Shown: piece after piece, positions 1 to 9,412 of the stretch | How the letters are laid out: the number at the start of each line of letters is the position of its first letter | How positions within the stretch are numbered: position 1 is the first letter of the stretch | Assembly: GCA_025934435.1 (NCBI GenBank) | Contig: JAICYB010000001.1 | Span: 131,293 to 195,292, forward strand | Direction: 5' to 3' | Length of the DNA: 64,000 nucleotides | Origin: Actinomycetes bacterium | GTDB lineage: Bacteria; Actinomycetota; JAICYB01 | Made by a program: the position numbers and the translations under genes | The notes under the pieces: model-generated | The model's database searches: none | What the model was told of the DNA's origin: nothing | What the model saw: the letters and a program-made list of their open reading frames with translations, nothing else

Positions 1-1789
1 GGAACGACGACGGGTCGTAGGAGGATATCGGAACGACCGCGAGCTTCCGCGGCTCCCACCACAGGAACGCGTGCGGTTCATTCTCGACGGCGGATTGTCC
101 GCCGGCGATCACGTGCGTCGCGAGCTCGGCCGGATGCGCGGGATCGTGGACGTCGAACAGCGAAACCTTCGTCCCGAACCAGTGACCCTGCTCGTCGTGG
201 ACATGACCTTCCGCGTCCGCTACTTCGCCGACGCCGAGCAGCAGTCCGTCGCCGACGGGATGGAGGTACGCGGAGAACCCGGGGATCTTCAGCTCACCGA
301 CGACCTTCGGCGCGGCCGGCTTCGAGAGATCGACGACATAGAGCGGGTCGGTCTGACGGAACGTGACGACGTAACCGAGTGAACCGATGAAACGGACGCC
401 GCGGATCTGTTCGCCGGCGCCGAGGCCACCCACAGAACCGACGGGGACGAGAGCCTTGTCCTGTTGAGCGAAGTCGGTCACCGCGCTCGACGAGTTCTGC
501 GCGTACCCGTTCGACGTCGTTGCGACGCGCAGTACGCCCGAGTCCTCGGACATCGCGTACGAGCTCAGCAACGTTCCGTTCACGAGCCCGGACGCGAGGT
601 AGACCCCGCCGATAGAGAACTTGTGGATCTGGGTCTGTTCGGTGATCGGCGACGGAACGGTTGCCACCGGCGACGGCGCTTGCCACTTCTGCGCGGTGAC
701 GTAGATGTTTCGCGTCGAGGCGTACACCATCTCGCCGCCGCCGACGACCGTGGAGCCGTTCTTCGGCGTCGGGTTCGCGGGGTCGACGGACACGACGCTC
801 ACCGTCGAGAGCCCCGAGTACACCGGCGGCATGTACACCGAGCCGCAGGACGACACCACGCCGGACGAATCACCTTTCGACGTGTGAAGTGTGTAGCGCG
901 GGACCCACTTCGCGACGTCGGCCTTCGCGACGAGCGATCGGTTCGTGTCAAGGGCTTGCTGCGACGCGGCAGGTGAAGGATCTCGCGGTGTCACGAAGCC
1001 GATGCTCGGCGACGAGGTGCGGATCACGATGCGCGCAACGCCGTTCACCGCGCGAGCCGCGATGTACGAACCATCGAGGTGCAAGGTCGAGGTGACGCGC
1101 ATCGCGGAAGGAGTGGACACGTCGATGATCTGAACGAGTGTCTTCGGGTTGTACGGGTATGCCGGCATCATCACGCCGGGCCGCGCGACGCCTTCCATCG
1201 GCTCGACGCCTCCCGGCGGCGGCGCGCTTACGTTCTGGTCGCTTCCGATCGCCATCAGCTTGTCGCCTTCGAGGAGTAACTGCGCGTCGGAGCTGCCGAG
1301 CCGGAGCGATCCGACGAGATGCGGCGTGTCGCTTGAGATGACTGCGGAGTGCAGCGTCCCATTCGACACGGCGAAGATCGCACGGCCGTTCGACTGACTG
1401 AGATCGGGCTCGCCGACGCCCTGTTCCTGAAGGTTCGTCGTCGAGTAGTCGACCCCTGCTTGTGGAGTAGCCGCCGTCGGCGCGGCGGCCGACTTGTCTT
1501 CGGCGGCGCCGGCCGCGAGCGCGGCATAGGCCGGATAGCTCGTACCGGGGAGGCCGTCCGCGGTGACGTAGGGGAGGGCCTTCGCGCGGAGGGTTCTCGT
1601 CACGGCGCCGCAATCGGCGAAGCGGACGAGCGCGGCCGCGGCGACGATCCGCTTCATCGCCGCCGGGCTCGCCTTCGGAAGGCTGACCGCAACCGAGCCC
1701 GACCCGGTCGGTTCGGGCGCGCGGGTCTTCGCGGTTCCACAGGCGGCGAGCAGAGCGAACACGACGGCGACGGCGATCCGTGGTCTCAT
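1..1789 (-). CDS. Secreted beta-propeller domain lipoprotein (COG4880-like); partial, 3' end beyond window start
   Basis: Own minus-strand translation from ATG at 1789 gives MRPRIAVAVVFALLAACGTAK (lipobox) and runs to position 1 without a stop. Family-like motifs: YVVDLSKPAAPKVVGELKIPGFSAYLHPVGDG, VSLFDVHDPAHPAEL, HAFLWW. Not in the ORF track, apparently because there is no in-window stop. Confidence 0.6.
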   Translation of the reverse strand, partial: MRPRIAVAVVFALLAACGTAKTRAPEPTGSGSVAVSLPKASPAAMKRIVAAAALVRFADCGAVTRTLRAKALPYVTADGLPGTSYPAYAALAAGAAEDKSAAAPTAATPQAGVDYSTTNLQEQGVGEPDLSQSNGRAIFAVSNGTLHSAVISSDTPHLVGSLRLGSSDAQLLLEGDKLMAIGSDQNVSAPPPGGVEPMEGVARPGVMMPAYPYNPKTLVQIIDVSTPSAMRVTSTLHLDGSYIAARAVNGVARIVIRTSSPSIGFVTPRDPSPAASQQALDTNRSLVAKADVAKWVPRYTLHTSKGDSSGVVSSCGSVYMPPVYSGLSTVSVVSVDPANPTPKNGSTVVGGGEMVYASTRNIYVTAQKWQAPSPVATVPSPITEQTQIHKFSIGGVYLASGLVNGTLLSSYAMSEDSGVLRVATTSNGYAQNSSSAVTDFAQQDKALVPVGSVGGLGAGEQIRGVRFIGSLGYVVTFRQTDPLYVVDLSKPAAPKVVGELKIPGFSAYLHPVGDGLLLGVGEVADAEGHVHDEQGHWFGTKVSLFDVHDPAHPAELATHVIAGGQSAVENEPHAFLWWEPRKLAVVPISSYDPSSF

Positions 1790-1834
1790 GCCCTACTAAC
1801 CGCCGGACGCGAGTTCGGGTTGTGGTGACCTTCG

Positions 1835-1863
1835 TTGACGCCGATAAGTTAACGGCGTTAACC
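1835..1863 (+). promoter_or_regulatory. Putative promoter with palindromic operator (gTTAACGGCGTTAAc) for the mmpL-tetR-MFS operon
   Basis: TTGACG at 1835-1840; 15-bp near-perfect palindrome at 1848-1862 overlapping a -10-like TAACCT; GGAGG RBS 5 nt before the GTG start at 1891. The operon's own TetR is the likely binder (inference). Confidence 0.35.
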
Positions 1864-1890
1864 TATCCGCCTGAGGGATAGGAGGCTCGC

Positions 1891-4263
1891 GTGCTCGAAC
1901 GACTCGGTCATTTCGTCTACCGGCGCCGGCGGTTCGTCCTGCTCGGCTCACTCGTGTTCATCGTCATCGCCGGAGTCTTCGGCGGGGGTGTGTCGAGCCA
2001 CCTGAAGGCCGGCGGCTTCGACTCTCCGGACGTCGAGTCGCAGCGCGCGGCGAACGTCCTTGGCTCGACGTTCCATCAGTCGCCGCCGAACTTCCTCCTC
2101 CTCGTCGAATCCAAGCAGGGACGGATCGACTCGGGCCCGGCCGCACGCGCCGGCGTACAGATCACGCAGCAGCTCGCGACGGAGCGCGGCGTCGCGCAGG
2201 TGCTCGGCGCGTGGTCGCTCGGTTCGTCCTCACCGCTCTACAGCAAGGACCGCACGAAGGCGATCATCGTCGGCGAACTCACTGGCGGTGACGAGGTCGC
2301 GCAGAAGACGGCGAAGCGCCTCATGAAGACGTACACGACGTCGAACGACGTGATCCGCGTCCGTGTCGGCGGCTTCCAGCCCGTCTTCGCCGAAGTGAGC
2401 GACACGATCGAGCACGACCTATCGCGCGCGGAATCGCTCGCGATCCCGATCACGCTCATCTTGCTCATCATCGTGTTCGGAAGCGTCGTCGCGGCCTTCA
2501 TGCCGCTGTCCGTCGGGATCATCTCGATCATCGGCACGTTCTTCGTCCTCCGCGTGATCGCGGCGATGACCAACGTGTCCGTGTTCGCGCTCTCGATGGT
2601 GACGGCGATGGGCCTCGGTCTCGCGATCGACTATTCGTTGTTCATCGTTTCGCGTTTCCGCGAAGAACTTCGGAAGGGTGCGGACACCGAAGCCGCGATC
2701 GTCACGACGATGCGAACGGCGGGACGCACGATCATCTTCGGCGGCGTCACCGTCGCCGTCTCACTCGCGGCGCTGCTCGTCTTCCCGCTGTATTTCTTCA
2801 AGTCGTTCGGCTACGCGGGGATCGGCGTCGTTCTGACCGCGGTCGCCGGCGCGATCCTCTTCCTGCCGGCGGCGCTGGCGTGGCTCGGCCCCCGGGTCGA
2901 CACGTGGGCGATCTGGACGAGGCACCCGAAGGAAGTCGGCGAAGGTTTCTGGCATCGCATGGCGATGTTCGTCATGAAGCGCCCGATCCCGGTCGCCGTG
3001 TCGGTCGTCGTCGTCCTGCTCTTCCTCGGCGCCCCGTTCCTCCACGCGAACCTCGGCCTTCCGGACGACCGTGTCCTCCCGAAGGGCGCCGTCACGCGCG
3101 ACGTGCAGGATTCGATCCGCGCGAGCTTCTCTTCGGACGAAGCCGACTCGACCCGTGTCGTCGTCCCGAACCTGCCGAACGCGCTCTCGCAGAAGCCGGT
3201 GATCGCCGCGTTCGCGCGTGACGTCAGCAACCTTTCGGGCGTGACGCGTGTCGACTCGCTCGCGGGCACGTTCGCCGCCGGGCGGCTCGTGCACGCGCCG
3301 GATGCGCTGTCCGCGCGCTTCTTCGCACCGGACGCAACGTGGTTCCAGATCGTCCTGTCCGTCGACCCGCTCTCGAGCCGGGCCGAGCATCTCGTCGCGA
3401 CGATCCGCGACGCGAACAAGCCGTTCGCCGTCGAGGTCGGTGGTTCGTCCGCGCAGCTCGTCGACGCGAAGCACTCGCTCTTCTCGAAGCTGCCGCTGGC
3501 GATCGCGATCATCGCGCTCGCGACGCTCCTCTTGCTCTTCGCCGCGTTCGGGAGCGTGCTCGTTCCGATCAAGGCGCTGGTGCTGAACATCCTCAGTCTC
3601 ACGGCGACGTTCGGCGCGATGGTGTGGATCTTCCAGGAAGGGCATCTGTCGGGCGTCTTGCATTTCACGACGACGGGATATCTCGACATCTCTTCGCCGA
3701 TCCTGATGTTCTGCATCGCCTTCGGTCTCTCGATGGACTACGAGGTGTTCCTCCTGTCGCGCATCAAGGAGGAGTACGACCGCACGAACGACAACGAGCA
3801 CTCCGTCGCCATCGGGCTCGAGCGAACGGGACGGATCGTCACCGCGGCGGCCGTGTTGATCTCCGTGGTGTTCCTCGCGATGGGCTTGTCGAGCGTCCGG
3901 TTCATCAAGCTGTTCGGGATCGGCATGACGCTCGCCGTCCTCATGGATGCGTTCGTCATCCGCGGGACGCTCGTCCCGGCGTTCATGCGTCTCGCCGGCC
4001 GCGCCAACTGGTGGCTGCCGAAGTTCCTCGAGCCCTTGCACGCTCGCGTCGCGATCAAGGAAACGGAGGACGAATCGCTGCCGACGGTCATCGAACCCGT
4101 ACCCCTGAAGCGCAAGGCGCCGGCCCGCAAGCCGAAACCCGTCGCGAAGCGCAAACCGGCCAACGGTCGCGCGAAGACCACCACCGCGCGCAAGACGACG
4201 ACCGCACGGAAGAAGCCGGCCGCTCGGAAGAAGACCACGACGGCGCGTAAGCCGACTCGCTGA
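1891..4263 (+). CDS. MMPL family RND-type transporter with Lys/Thr/Ala-rich C-terminal tail
   Basis: 790 aa; N-terminal TM then large loops and 12-TM pattern typical of MmpL. Tail KRKAPARKPKPVAKRKPANGRAKTTTARKTTTARKKPAARKKTTTARKPTR. GTG start with GGAGG RBS. Confidence 0.85.
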   Translation: MLERLGHFVYRRRRFVLLGSLVFIVIAGVFGGGVSSHLKAGGFDSPDVESQRAANVLGSTFHQSPPNFLLLVESKQGRIDSGPAARAGVQITQQLATERGVAQVLGAWSLGSSSPLYSKDRTKAIIVGELTGGDEVAQKTAKRLMKTYTTSNDVIRVRVGGFQPVFAEVSDTIEHDLSRAESLAIPITLILLIIVFGSVVAAFMPLSVGIISIIGTFFVLRVIAAMTNVSVFALSMVTAMGLGLAIDYSLFIVSRFREELRKGADTEAAIVTTMRTAGRTIIFGGVTVAVSLAALLVFPLYFFKSFGYAGIGVVLTAVAGAILFLPAALAWLGPRVDTWAIWTRHPKEVGEGFWHRMAMFVMKRPIPVAVSVVVVLLFLGAPFLHANLGLPDDRVLPKGAVTRDVQDSIRASFSSDEADSTRVVVPNLPNALSQKPVIAAFARDVSNLSGVTRVDSLAGTFAAGRLVHAPDALSARFFAPDATWFQIVLSVDPLSSRAEHLVATIRDANKPFAVEVGGSSAQLVDAKHSLFSKLPLAIAIIALATLLLLFAAFGSVLVPIKALVLNILSLTATFGAMVWIFQEGHLSGVLHFTTTGYLDISSPILMFCIAFGLSMDYEVFLLSRIKEEYDRTNDNEHSVAIGLERTGRIVTAAAVLISVVFLAMGLSSVRFIKLFGIGMTLAVLMDAFVIRGTLVPAFMRLAGRANWWLPKFLEPLHARVAIKETEDESLPTVIEPVPLKRKAPARKPKPVAKRKPANGRAKTTTARKTTTARKKPAARKKTTTARKPTR

Positions 4264-4889
4264 TGGCGCACCGTCTTCGTCGCCACGCCGAACGACACCG
4301 AGCGCGTCGAGGTGACGGCAATCTCTTGCGCGAGGAGATCATGCGCGCGACGGAGAAGCTTCTCCTCAAGACGAACGATGCGGACGCGATCTCCATCCGC
4401 GCGATCGCGACGGCCGTTCGCGTCACGCCGCCGTCTATCTACATGCACTTCGAAAGCAAGGAACAGCTCATCCTCGCCGTGTGCGAGCGCGAGTTCGAAG
4501 TGTTCGGTGCGCTGCTCGCCGAGGCGAGCGAAGGGATCTCGGATCCGGTGGAAGCGGTCGCCGCGATGGGCCGTGCGTACGTGAAGTTCGGCCTCGAGCA
4601 TCCCGAGCAGTACCGGTTCCTGTTCATGTCGCCGAAACCGGAGTGGGCGGTTTCCGACCACCGGTCAAAAGACCTCTCGGGATTCGGACGACTCGTCGAG
4701 CTCGTCGAGCGCTGCATCGCGGTCGGCGCGTTCACCGCGGGAGACGCGTTCGCGATCGCCTGTGGACTCTGGACGGCCGTCCATGGGGTAACGTCCCTGC
4801 TGATAGCCAATCCGCATTTCCCCTGGCCGCCGATCGATGATCTTGTGGAGCAGGGCATAGACGTCCACTGCAGGGGGTTGAGGTCCTGA
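4263..4889 (+). CDS. TetR/AcrR family transcriptional regulator
   Basis: HTH ISIRAIATAVRVTPPSIYMHFESKEQL. ATG overlaps mmpL stop (TGATG); its own stop overlaps the MFS start (ATGA-like). Confidence 0.85.
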   Translation: MAHRLRRHAERHRARRGDGNLLREEIMRATEKLLLKTNDADAISIRAIATAVRVTPPSIYMHFESKEQLILAVCEREFEVFGALLAEASEGISDPVEAVAAMGRAYVKFGLEHPEQYRFLFMSPKPEWAVSDHRSKDLSGFGRLVELVERCIAVGAFTAGDAFAIACGLWTAVHGVTSLLIANPHFPWPPIDDLVEQGIDVHCRGLRS

Positions 4890-6511
4890 TGGCACCGATG
4901 TTCGCGGGCGACTCCCGGCGCAAGATCATCATCCTTCTCGCGATGTGCTTCGCCTTGTTCATGGCGATGCTCGACAACACCGTCGTGAATGTGGCGCTGC
5001 CGACGATGGCGAAGGATCTGCACGCCGGCGTATCTGGCCTGCAGTGGATCGTCGACGGCTACGTCCTCGCGTTCGCTTCGCTGCTCCTCACCGGCGGCAT
5101 CATCGGCGACCGCTACGGCCGCAAGCGGATGTTCCTCCTCGGTCTGTCGATCTTCACGCTTGCCTCGCTCGCATGTGGTTTGTCCGGGTCGACCGGGCAG
5201 CTCGTCTCGTTCCGTGCGCTGCAGGGCATCGGCGCCGCGCTGCTCATGCCGGGGACGCTCTCCATCCTCACCGTCACCTTCCCGCCGAGTGAGCGCGCGA
5301 AAGCCATCGGCATCTGGTCGGGCGTGTCGGGTCTCGCGCTCGCGTTCGGTCCGACGGCCGGCGGCTACCTGATCGAACACTCGGGCTGGCAGTCGATCTT
5401 CTTCCTCAACGTCCCGATCGGCATCCTCGCGTTCCTCGTCGCATGGCGTGTCGTCAAGGAGTCGGTCGCCGAGGAATCGCGTCACCTCGACCTCGTCGGT
5501 CTCGGCCTCGGGACCGCCGGATTCTTCTCGATCGTCTACGCGCTGATCGAGGCCAACCAACGCGGCTGGGGCGACGCGTTGATCGTCGGCATGCTCGCCC
5601 TCGGTGTGCTGTTCATGGCGGCGTTCATCTCGTGGGAGTACGTCACGCCGCGGGCGATGATGCCGCTGCAGTTCTTCAAGATCCCGGCGTTCTCCGCAGG
5701 GAACAGCGTCGCGTTCTCGATCTCGCTCGGGATGTTCGGGACGTTCTTCTTCTACAGCCTCTACATGCAGCTCGTCCGCGGATACTCGGCCCTCGGGACG
5801 GGCATCCGGATCCTGCCGATCACCGGGATGATCTTCTTCGTCGCGCCGCAAGCCGGACGATTCGCTCAGAAGTTCGGTTCGCGTTTGCCCATGACGTTCG
5901 GCCCGCTGCTCGCCGGGACGGGTCTCGTCCTGCTCAGCCGCGTCGGGATCGACACCTCATTCCCGAAGATGATCCCCGTCCTCATGATGATGGGCATCGG
6001 GATGGGCGCGACGATGGCGCCGATGACCGCGGCCGTCATGAATTCGGTCGGACCGCAGCGCGCCGGACTCGGTTCGGCTATGACGAACACGTCACGCGAG
6101 GTCGGCGGGACGTTCGGCATCGCGTTGCTCGGGACACTGCTCACGGTCGGTCTGCGCTCGACGCTGACGAACGGGCTCGCGTCGCTGCACCTCGATCTCG
6201 GACGTCAAGCCGCGATCCTCGGCGCCGCCGCGCACGGCACGCTCGACCCGAAGCTCCTGCAAGGGTTGAGTCCGCAGACGGCGTTCGCCGTCCAGCACGC
6301 CTTCGCCCTGTCGTTCATGCACGGCTTCCGGGTAGCCCTCGTCGTTGCGGCGGCTTTCGTCTATCTCGCCGGGATCGTGGCGTGGGTGTACATCCCGTCC
6401 GGTGCTCCGTCGGCCGACGGGGGAGTGCCCGCGCCGCGCGAGGTGGCCACCGCATCGACGAACGGCCACCGCCGGACGGCGGCCAAGCGGCCCGCTCCCG
6501 CGCGGACCTGA
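4889..6511 (+). CDS. MFS transporter, DHA2 (EmrB/QacA) drug:H+ antiporter family
   Basis: 540 aa, ~14 TM; motifs MLDNTVVNVALP and GGIIGDRYGRKRMFLLG. Confidence 0.85.
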   Translation: MAPMFAGDSRRKIIILLAMCFALFMAMLDNTVVNVALPTMAKDLHAGVSGLQWIVDGYVLAFASLLLTGGIIGDRYGRKRMFLLGLSIFTLASLACGLSGSTGQLVSFRALQGIGAALLMPGTLSILTVTFPPSERAKAIGIWSGVSGLALAFGPTAGGYLIEHSGWQSIFFLNVPIGILAFLVAWRVVKESVAEESRHLDLVGLGLGTAGFFSIVYALIEANQRGWGDALIVGMLALGVLFMAAFISWEYVTPRAMMPLQFFKIPAFSAGNSVAFSISLGMFGTFFFYSLYMQLVRGYSALGTGIRILPITGMIFFVAPQAGRFAQKFGSRLPMTFGPLLAGTGLVLLSRVGIDTSFPKMIPVLMMMGIGMGATMAPMTAAVMNSVGPQRAGLGSAMTNTSREVGGTFGIALLGTLLTVGLRSTLTNGLASLHLDLGRQAAILGAAAHGTLDPKLLQGLSPQTAFAVQHAFALSFMHGFRVALVVAAAFVYLAGIVAWVYIPSGAPSADGGVPAPREVATASTNGHRRTAAKRPAPART

Positions 6512-6574
6512 TTGCACGGAAGCGCCCTTCGCCACTAGCGTGGCGCGCGTCATCAGGCCGAGGAGGACACCACT

Positions 6575-7357
6575 TTGAGGAAGATCCTGTTCACGCTCGT
6601 CGCGCTGTCGCTCGTCGCCGCGGCGTGCAACAAGTCGACGACGGCATCGAACGTCAAGCTCACGCTCGGACACGTGCCGTCGACCCTGAAGGGGGACGTT
6701 CTCGCGATCCCCGTCACCGTGAAGGGGATCAAGATCATGGAGCCGAACGGTGATACGTCCGGCAAGACCGGACACTTCCACGTCTTCATCGACCATCCGG
6801 TTGCGGCGCTCGGGAAGACGATCCCGAAGGGCCCGCGCTACATCGTCCACTCCGCCGCGAACCCCATCATGATCTACGGCCTCACGCCGGGCTTGCATCG
6901 CTTCCATGTGGTGCTCGGCAACGGCGCGCACGTCCGTATCGCCGGCGGGGTGCGCGGCGACACGAAAGTCACCGTCGAAGGACCCGGCGTGCAGGGCACG
7001 GCGCCGGCGACGATCCCGCACGGCAGTCCGCTGGTCGTCAACCTCAAAGCCGAAGGCGTGAGGATCGTTTCTCCGGGCACGGAGACCGGAGCCGACGAAG
7101 GGCACTTCCACGTGCTCGTCGATCCGTCCACCGCGCCGATCGCCGGCGCGATGATGGCGGACTCGTCGATGGCGACCGCATCTCCGGCCGGATCGTCGAC
7201 GTCGATGCCGCAGAACGTGTACATGACGGGCGGAACCTCGCAGTCGATCAGCGGTCTCACGCCGGGGATGCACACGATCTGGGTCGTGCTCGCCGACAAG
7301 GATCACAAGGCCTGGAACCCGCCGGTGATGGACAAGATCACCGTTACCGTTACGTAA
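6575..7357 (+). CDS. Lipoprotein with two tandem ~115-aa domains carrying GHFHV(F/L)(I/V)D motifs (DUF4399-like?)
   Basis: Signal peptide plus lipobox LVAAAC. Internal duplication: GHFHVFIDHP...GLTPGLHRFHVVLGN and GHFHVLVDPS...GLTPGMHTIWVVLAD. TTG start after a GAGGAGG RBS. Confidence 0.6.
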   Translation: MRKILFTLVALSLVAAACNKSTTASNVKLTLGHVPSTLKGDVLAIPVTVKGIKIMEPNGDTSGKTGHFHVFIDHPVAALGKTIPKGPRYIVHSAANPIMIYGLTPGLHRFHVVLGNGAHVRIAGGVRGDTKVTVEGPGVQGTAPATIPHGSPLVVNLKAEGVRIVSPGTETGADEGHFHVLVDPSTAPIAGAMMADSSMATASPAGSSTSMPQNVYMTGGTSQSISGLTPGMHTIWVVLADKDHKAWNPPVMDKITVTVT

Positions 7358-7387
7358 GAAGGGCTTGCGTCCGCGCGACGCGCTCGC

Positions 7388-8107
7388 TCACGGACCGTAG
7401 ACGTTCAGCGCATCACCGAGGCCGGACGGAGCACTCGGCACGACCGTCAGTGCTCCCGAAGCGATCGCGTCGTCGAGCGTGGTGCGTCCGGTGCCTGCGA
7501 ATGCGAGCGCTTTCGCGTCTCCTTTGATCGTCACGGTGTCACCGTCGCCGATGTCGACCGATCCGCGCCAGCCGTCGACGGCGAAGTCGACCTTGCCGAC
7601 CGTCGGTGCGAGCCGCGCCGCACGTTCCGGCAGTTCGAAGGCGATGACGTCGAGCGTCGGGATGAGTCCCGCGCCGTCCGATTGCTCCTCGCCGAGGGCA
7701 ACCTTGATGTCCTGCGCGTGGATGTAGATGTCCTCGACGAGACGGCGGAGAGCGGTGCCGACGGTGCCGAAGGGAGCGTAGTCGGCGTTCCAGAACTCAT
7801 CGGTCTGAGCGAGGATGTTCGCTTCGAAGATCGGGCCTTGCTCCTCCCATTCGGTGAGGAGCTCGTCGATCGTCTTGTCCTTGCGTTCGTCGAGCTGGCG
7901 CTGGTTGTAGGCCTCGGTCCCCACGCCGTCGAGGTTGAGCGCGTTGACATCGGCGGCGTTCGCGACGAGGTGCGCCACGACGTCACGCACGGTCCAGCCC
8001 GGACAGAGCGACGGCTTTTCCCACGCCGCTTCCGGAAGCTCTCGGAGGTAGGACATCAACGCTTCGCGCTCGTGCTTCATCGCGTCAGAGGTCTCTTGTT
8101 GGTTCAT
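7388..8107 (-). CDS. Maleylpyruvate isomerase-family mycothiol-dependent enzyme / DinB-like (TIGR03083-type)
   Basis: N-terminus LRELPEAAWEKPSLCPGWTVRDVVAHLVANA is typical of the MDMPI_N/DinB_2 fold in Actinobacteria. Confidence 0.65.
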   Translation of the reverse strand: MNQQETSDAMKHEREALMSYLRELPEAAWEKPSLCPGWTVRDVVAHLVANAADVNALNLDGVGTEAYNQRQLDERKDKTIDELLTEWEEQGPIFEANILAQTDEFWNADYAPFGTVGTALRRLVEDIYIHAQDIKVALGEEQSDGAGLIPTLDVIAFELPERAARLAPTVGKVDFAVDGWRGSVDIGDGDTVTIKGDAKALAFAGTGRTTLDDAIASGALTVVPSAPSGLGDALNVYGP

Positions 8108-8116
8108 CTCGTCTCC

Positions 8117-8530
8117 TTATGCCGCTTGGTATTCGCGCAGCCGGTGTGCGACCGTTGCGAGGATGCTTCGTCCGACAGTGGGGCAGTGATCGAGGATCGA
8201 GGCGAACGCGATGGACGTCATCACGAATGCCCGGAGATCCGTCCGTGCCGTCACCGTCGCGACCCGCGGTTCGGCGTCGAGCACCGCCATCTCGCCGACG
8301 ACCTCGCCCGCTCCGAGCTTCGCCAAGCGATGCCCGTGCATCGCGACGACCGCTTCGCCGTCCGCGATCACGAACACCTCATGGCCGATGGAACCTTCTT
8401 CCATGAGGACGGACCCCCTCGGCACGGCGACGACGTCGACGAGGCGCGCGATCCGCGCGAGCTCGCCCCCGGAGCATTCGGCGAAGAGGGGCACCTCCGC
8501 GAGCTCCTGCAACCGTTCGTCCGGTTTCAC
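8117..8530 (-). CDS. Cyclic nucleotide-binding domain protein (stand-alone cNMP-binding)
   Basis: VPLFAECSGGELARIA...GEVVGEMAVLD...RVATVTA cNMP-binding signature. Start placed at GTG 5 nt after AAGGAGG rather than the upstream ATG of the track ORF. Confidence 0.7.
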   Translation of the reverse strand: MKPDERLQELAEVPLFAECSGGELARIARLVDVVAVPRGSVLMEEGSIGHEVFVIADGEAVVAMHGHRLAKLGAGEVVGEMAVLDAEPRVATVTARTDLRAFVMTSIAFASILDHCPTVGRSILATVAHRLREYQAA

Positions 8531-8592
8531 CGCTACCTCCTTGCTGTGGAGTAACATACCGGGAGAAGGTATCCTACATACCGACGGTACGT

Positions 8593-9186
8593 ATGTCAAT
8601 GCGCCGGCAGGCTGACCGATCCGAAGCGACGAAGTCCGAGCTTCTGCGCGTGGCGCGGGAGCTCTTCGGCGAGCACGGGTACGAGGGCGCGTCCATCGAG
8701 GACGTCGCCGACGCCGCCGGAGTCACGAAAGGCGCCGTCTACCACCATTTCGCGAGCAAGCGCGATCTGTTCCAGGCCGTGTTCGAGCACCTCGAGCAGG
8801 AGCTCTGCGACAGCGTGATCGCGGCGGCGGCGAATGGGGGAGCCGACATCCTCGAGGGCATGCGCCTCGGCGTACGGGCCTTCCTCGACTCCGCGGGCGA
8901 TCGGGCGTGCCGGCGGATCGTCCTCATCGACGGGCCTTCCGTGCTCGGATGGGAGACGTGGCGTGAGATCGACGAGCGCTACGGGTTCTCGATCGTCAAG
9001 GGCTCGCTCGAAGCCGCGATGGCCGCGGGCGTCTTGAAGCGCACACCCGTCGACCCCGTGGCGCATCTCTTCCTCGCCGCGCTGTCCGAGGCCGCGATCC
9101 AGATCGCCCGCGCCGAAGATCCGGATGCGGCGCGCGCCGAGATGAACGACGCTCTGTGGACGATGATCGAAAGCCTGAGGATCTGA
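8593..9186 (+). CDS. TetR family transcriptional regulator
   Basis: SELLRVARELFGEHGYEGASIEDVADAAGVTKGAVYHHFASKRDLF HTH. Divergent from the cNMP-binding gene. Confidence 0.85.
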   Translation: MSMRRQADRSEATKSELLRVARELFGEHGYEGASIEDVADAAGVTKGAVYHHFASKRDLFQAVFEHLEQELCDSVIAAAANGGADILEGMRLGVRAFLDSAGDRACRRIVLIDGPSVLGWETWREIDERYGFSIVKGSLEAAMAAGVLKRTPVDPVAHLFLAALSEAAIQIARAEDPDAARAEMNDALWTMIESLRI

Positions 9187-9199
9187 AAGGAGCTACGGA

Positions 9200-9412
9200 A
9201 TGGCGAAGGGCAACGTGTACCGCGTAACCGAAGTCGTCGGTACGTCGGACGAATCGATCCAGCAAGCGGTGCGTACGGCGATCACTCGCGCGAACGAGAC
9301 GCTACGCAATCTCGATTGGTTCGAGGTCTCCGAGATCCGCGGCACGATCAAGGACGGCGACGTCGAGGAGTTCCAGGCGACGGTGAAGATCGGCTTCCGT
9401 CTGGACGGCTAG
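9200..9412 (+). CDS. Dodecin (flavin-binding) family protein
   Basis: 70 aa; YRVTEVVGTSDESIQQAVRTAITRA...LDWFEVSEIRG...F.ATVKIGFRL matches the dodecin pattern. Confidence 0.8.
   Translation: MAKGNVYRVTEVVGTSDESIQQAVRTAITRANETLRNLDWFEVSEIRGTIKDGDVEEFQATVKIGFRLDG

Noticed and set aside
2761-4041. 426-aa Arg/Glu/Asp-rich minus-strand ORF. The same applies to 4439-5851, 6092-7306, 23314-25731, 27010-28629, 50651-52003, 52298-53893 and the plus-strand ORFs such as 464-976.
   Set aside because: Low-complexity Arg-rich translations typical of antisense or off-frame reading in high-GC DNA; each is fully overlapped by a strongly supported gene on the other strand or frame.
6530-6546. Weak 6-bp hairpin cgccac-tagc-gtggcg after the MFS gene, and tgagcg-ttcc-gctca after the response regulator (22924-22938)
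   Set aside because: Stems too short, no U-tract; noted only as possible weak terminators.
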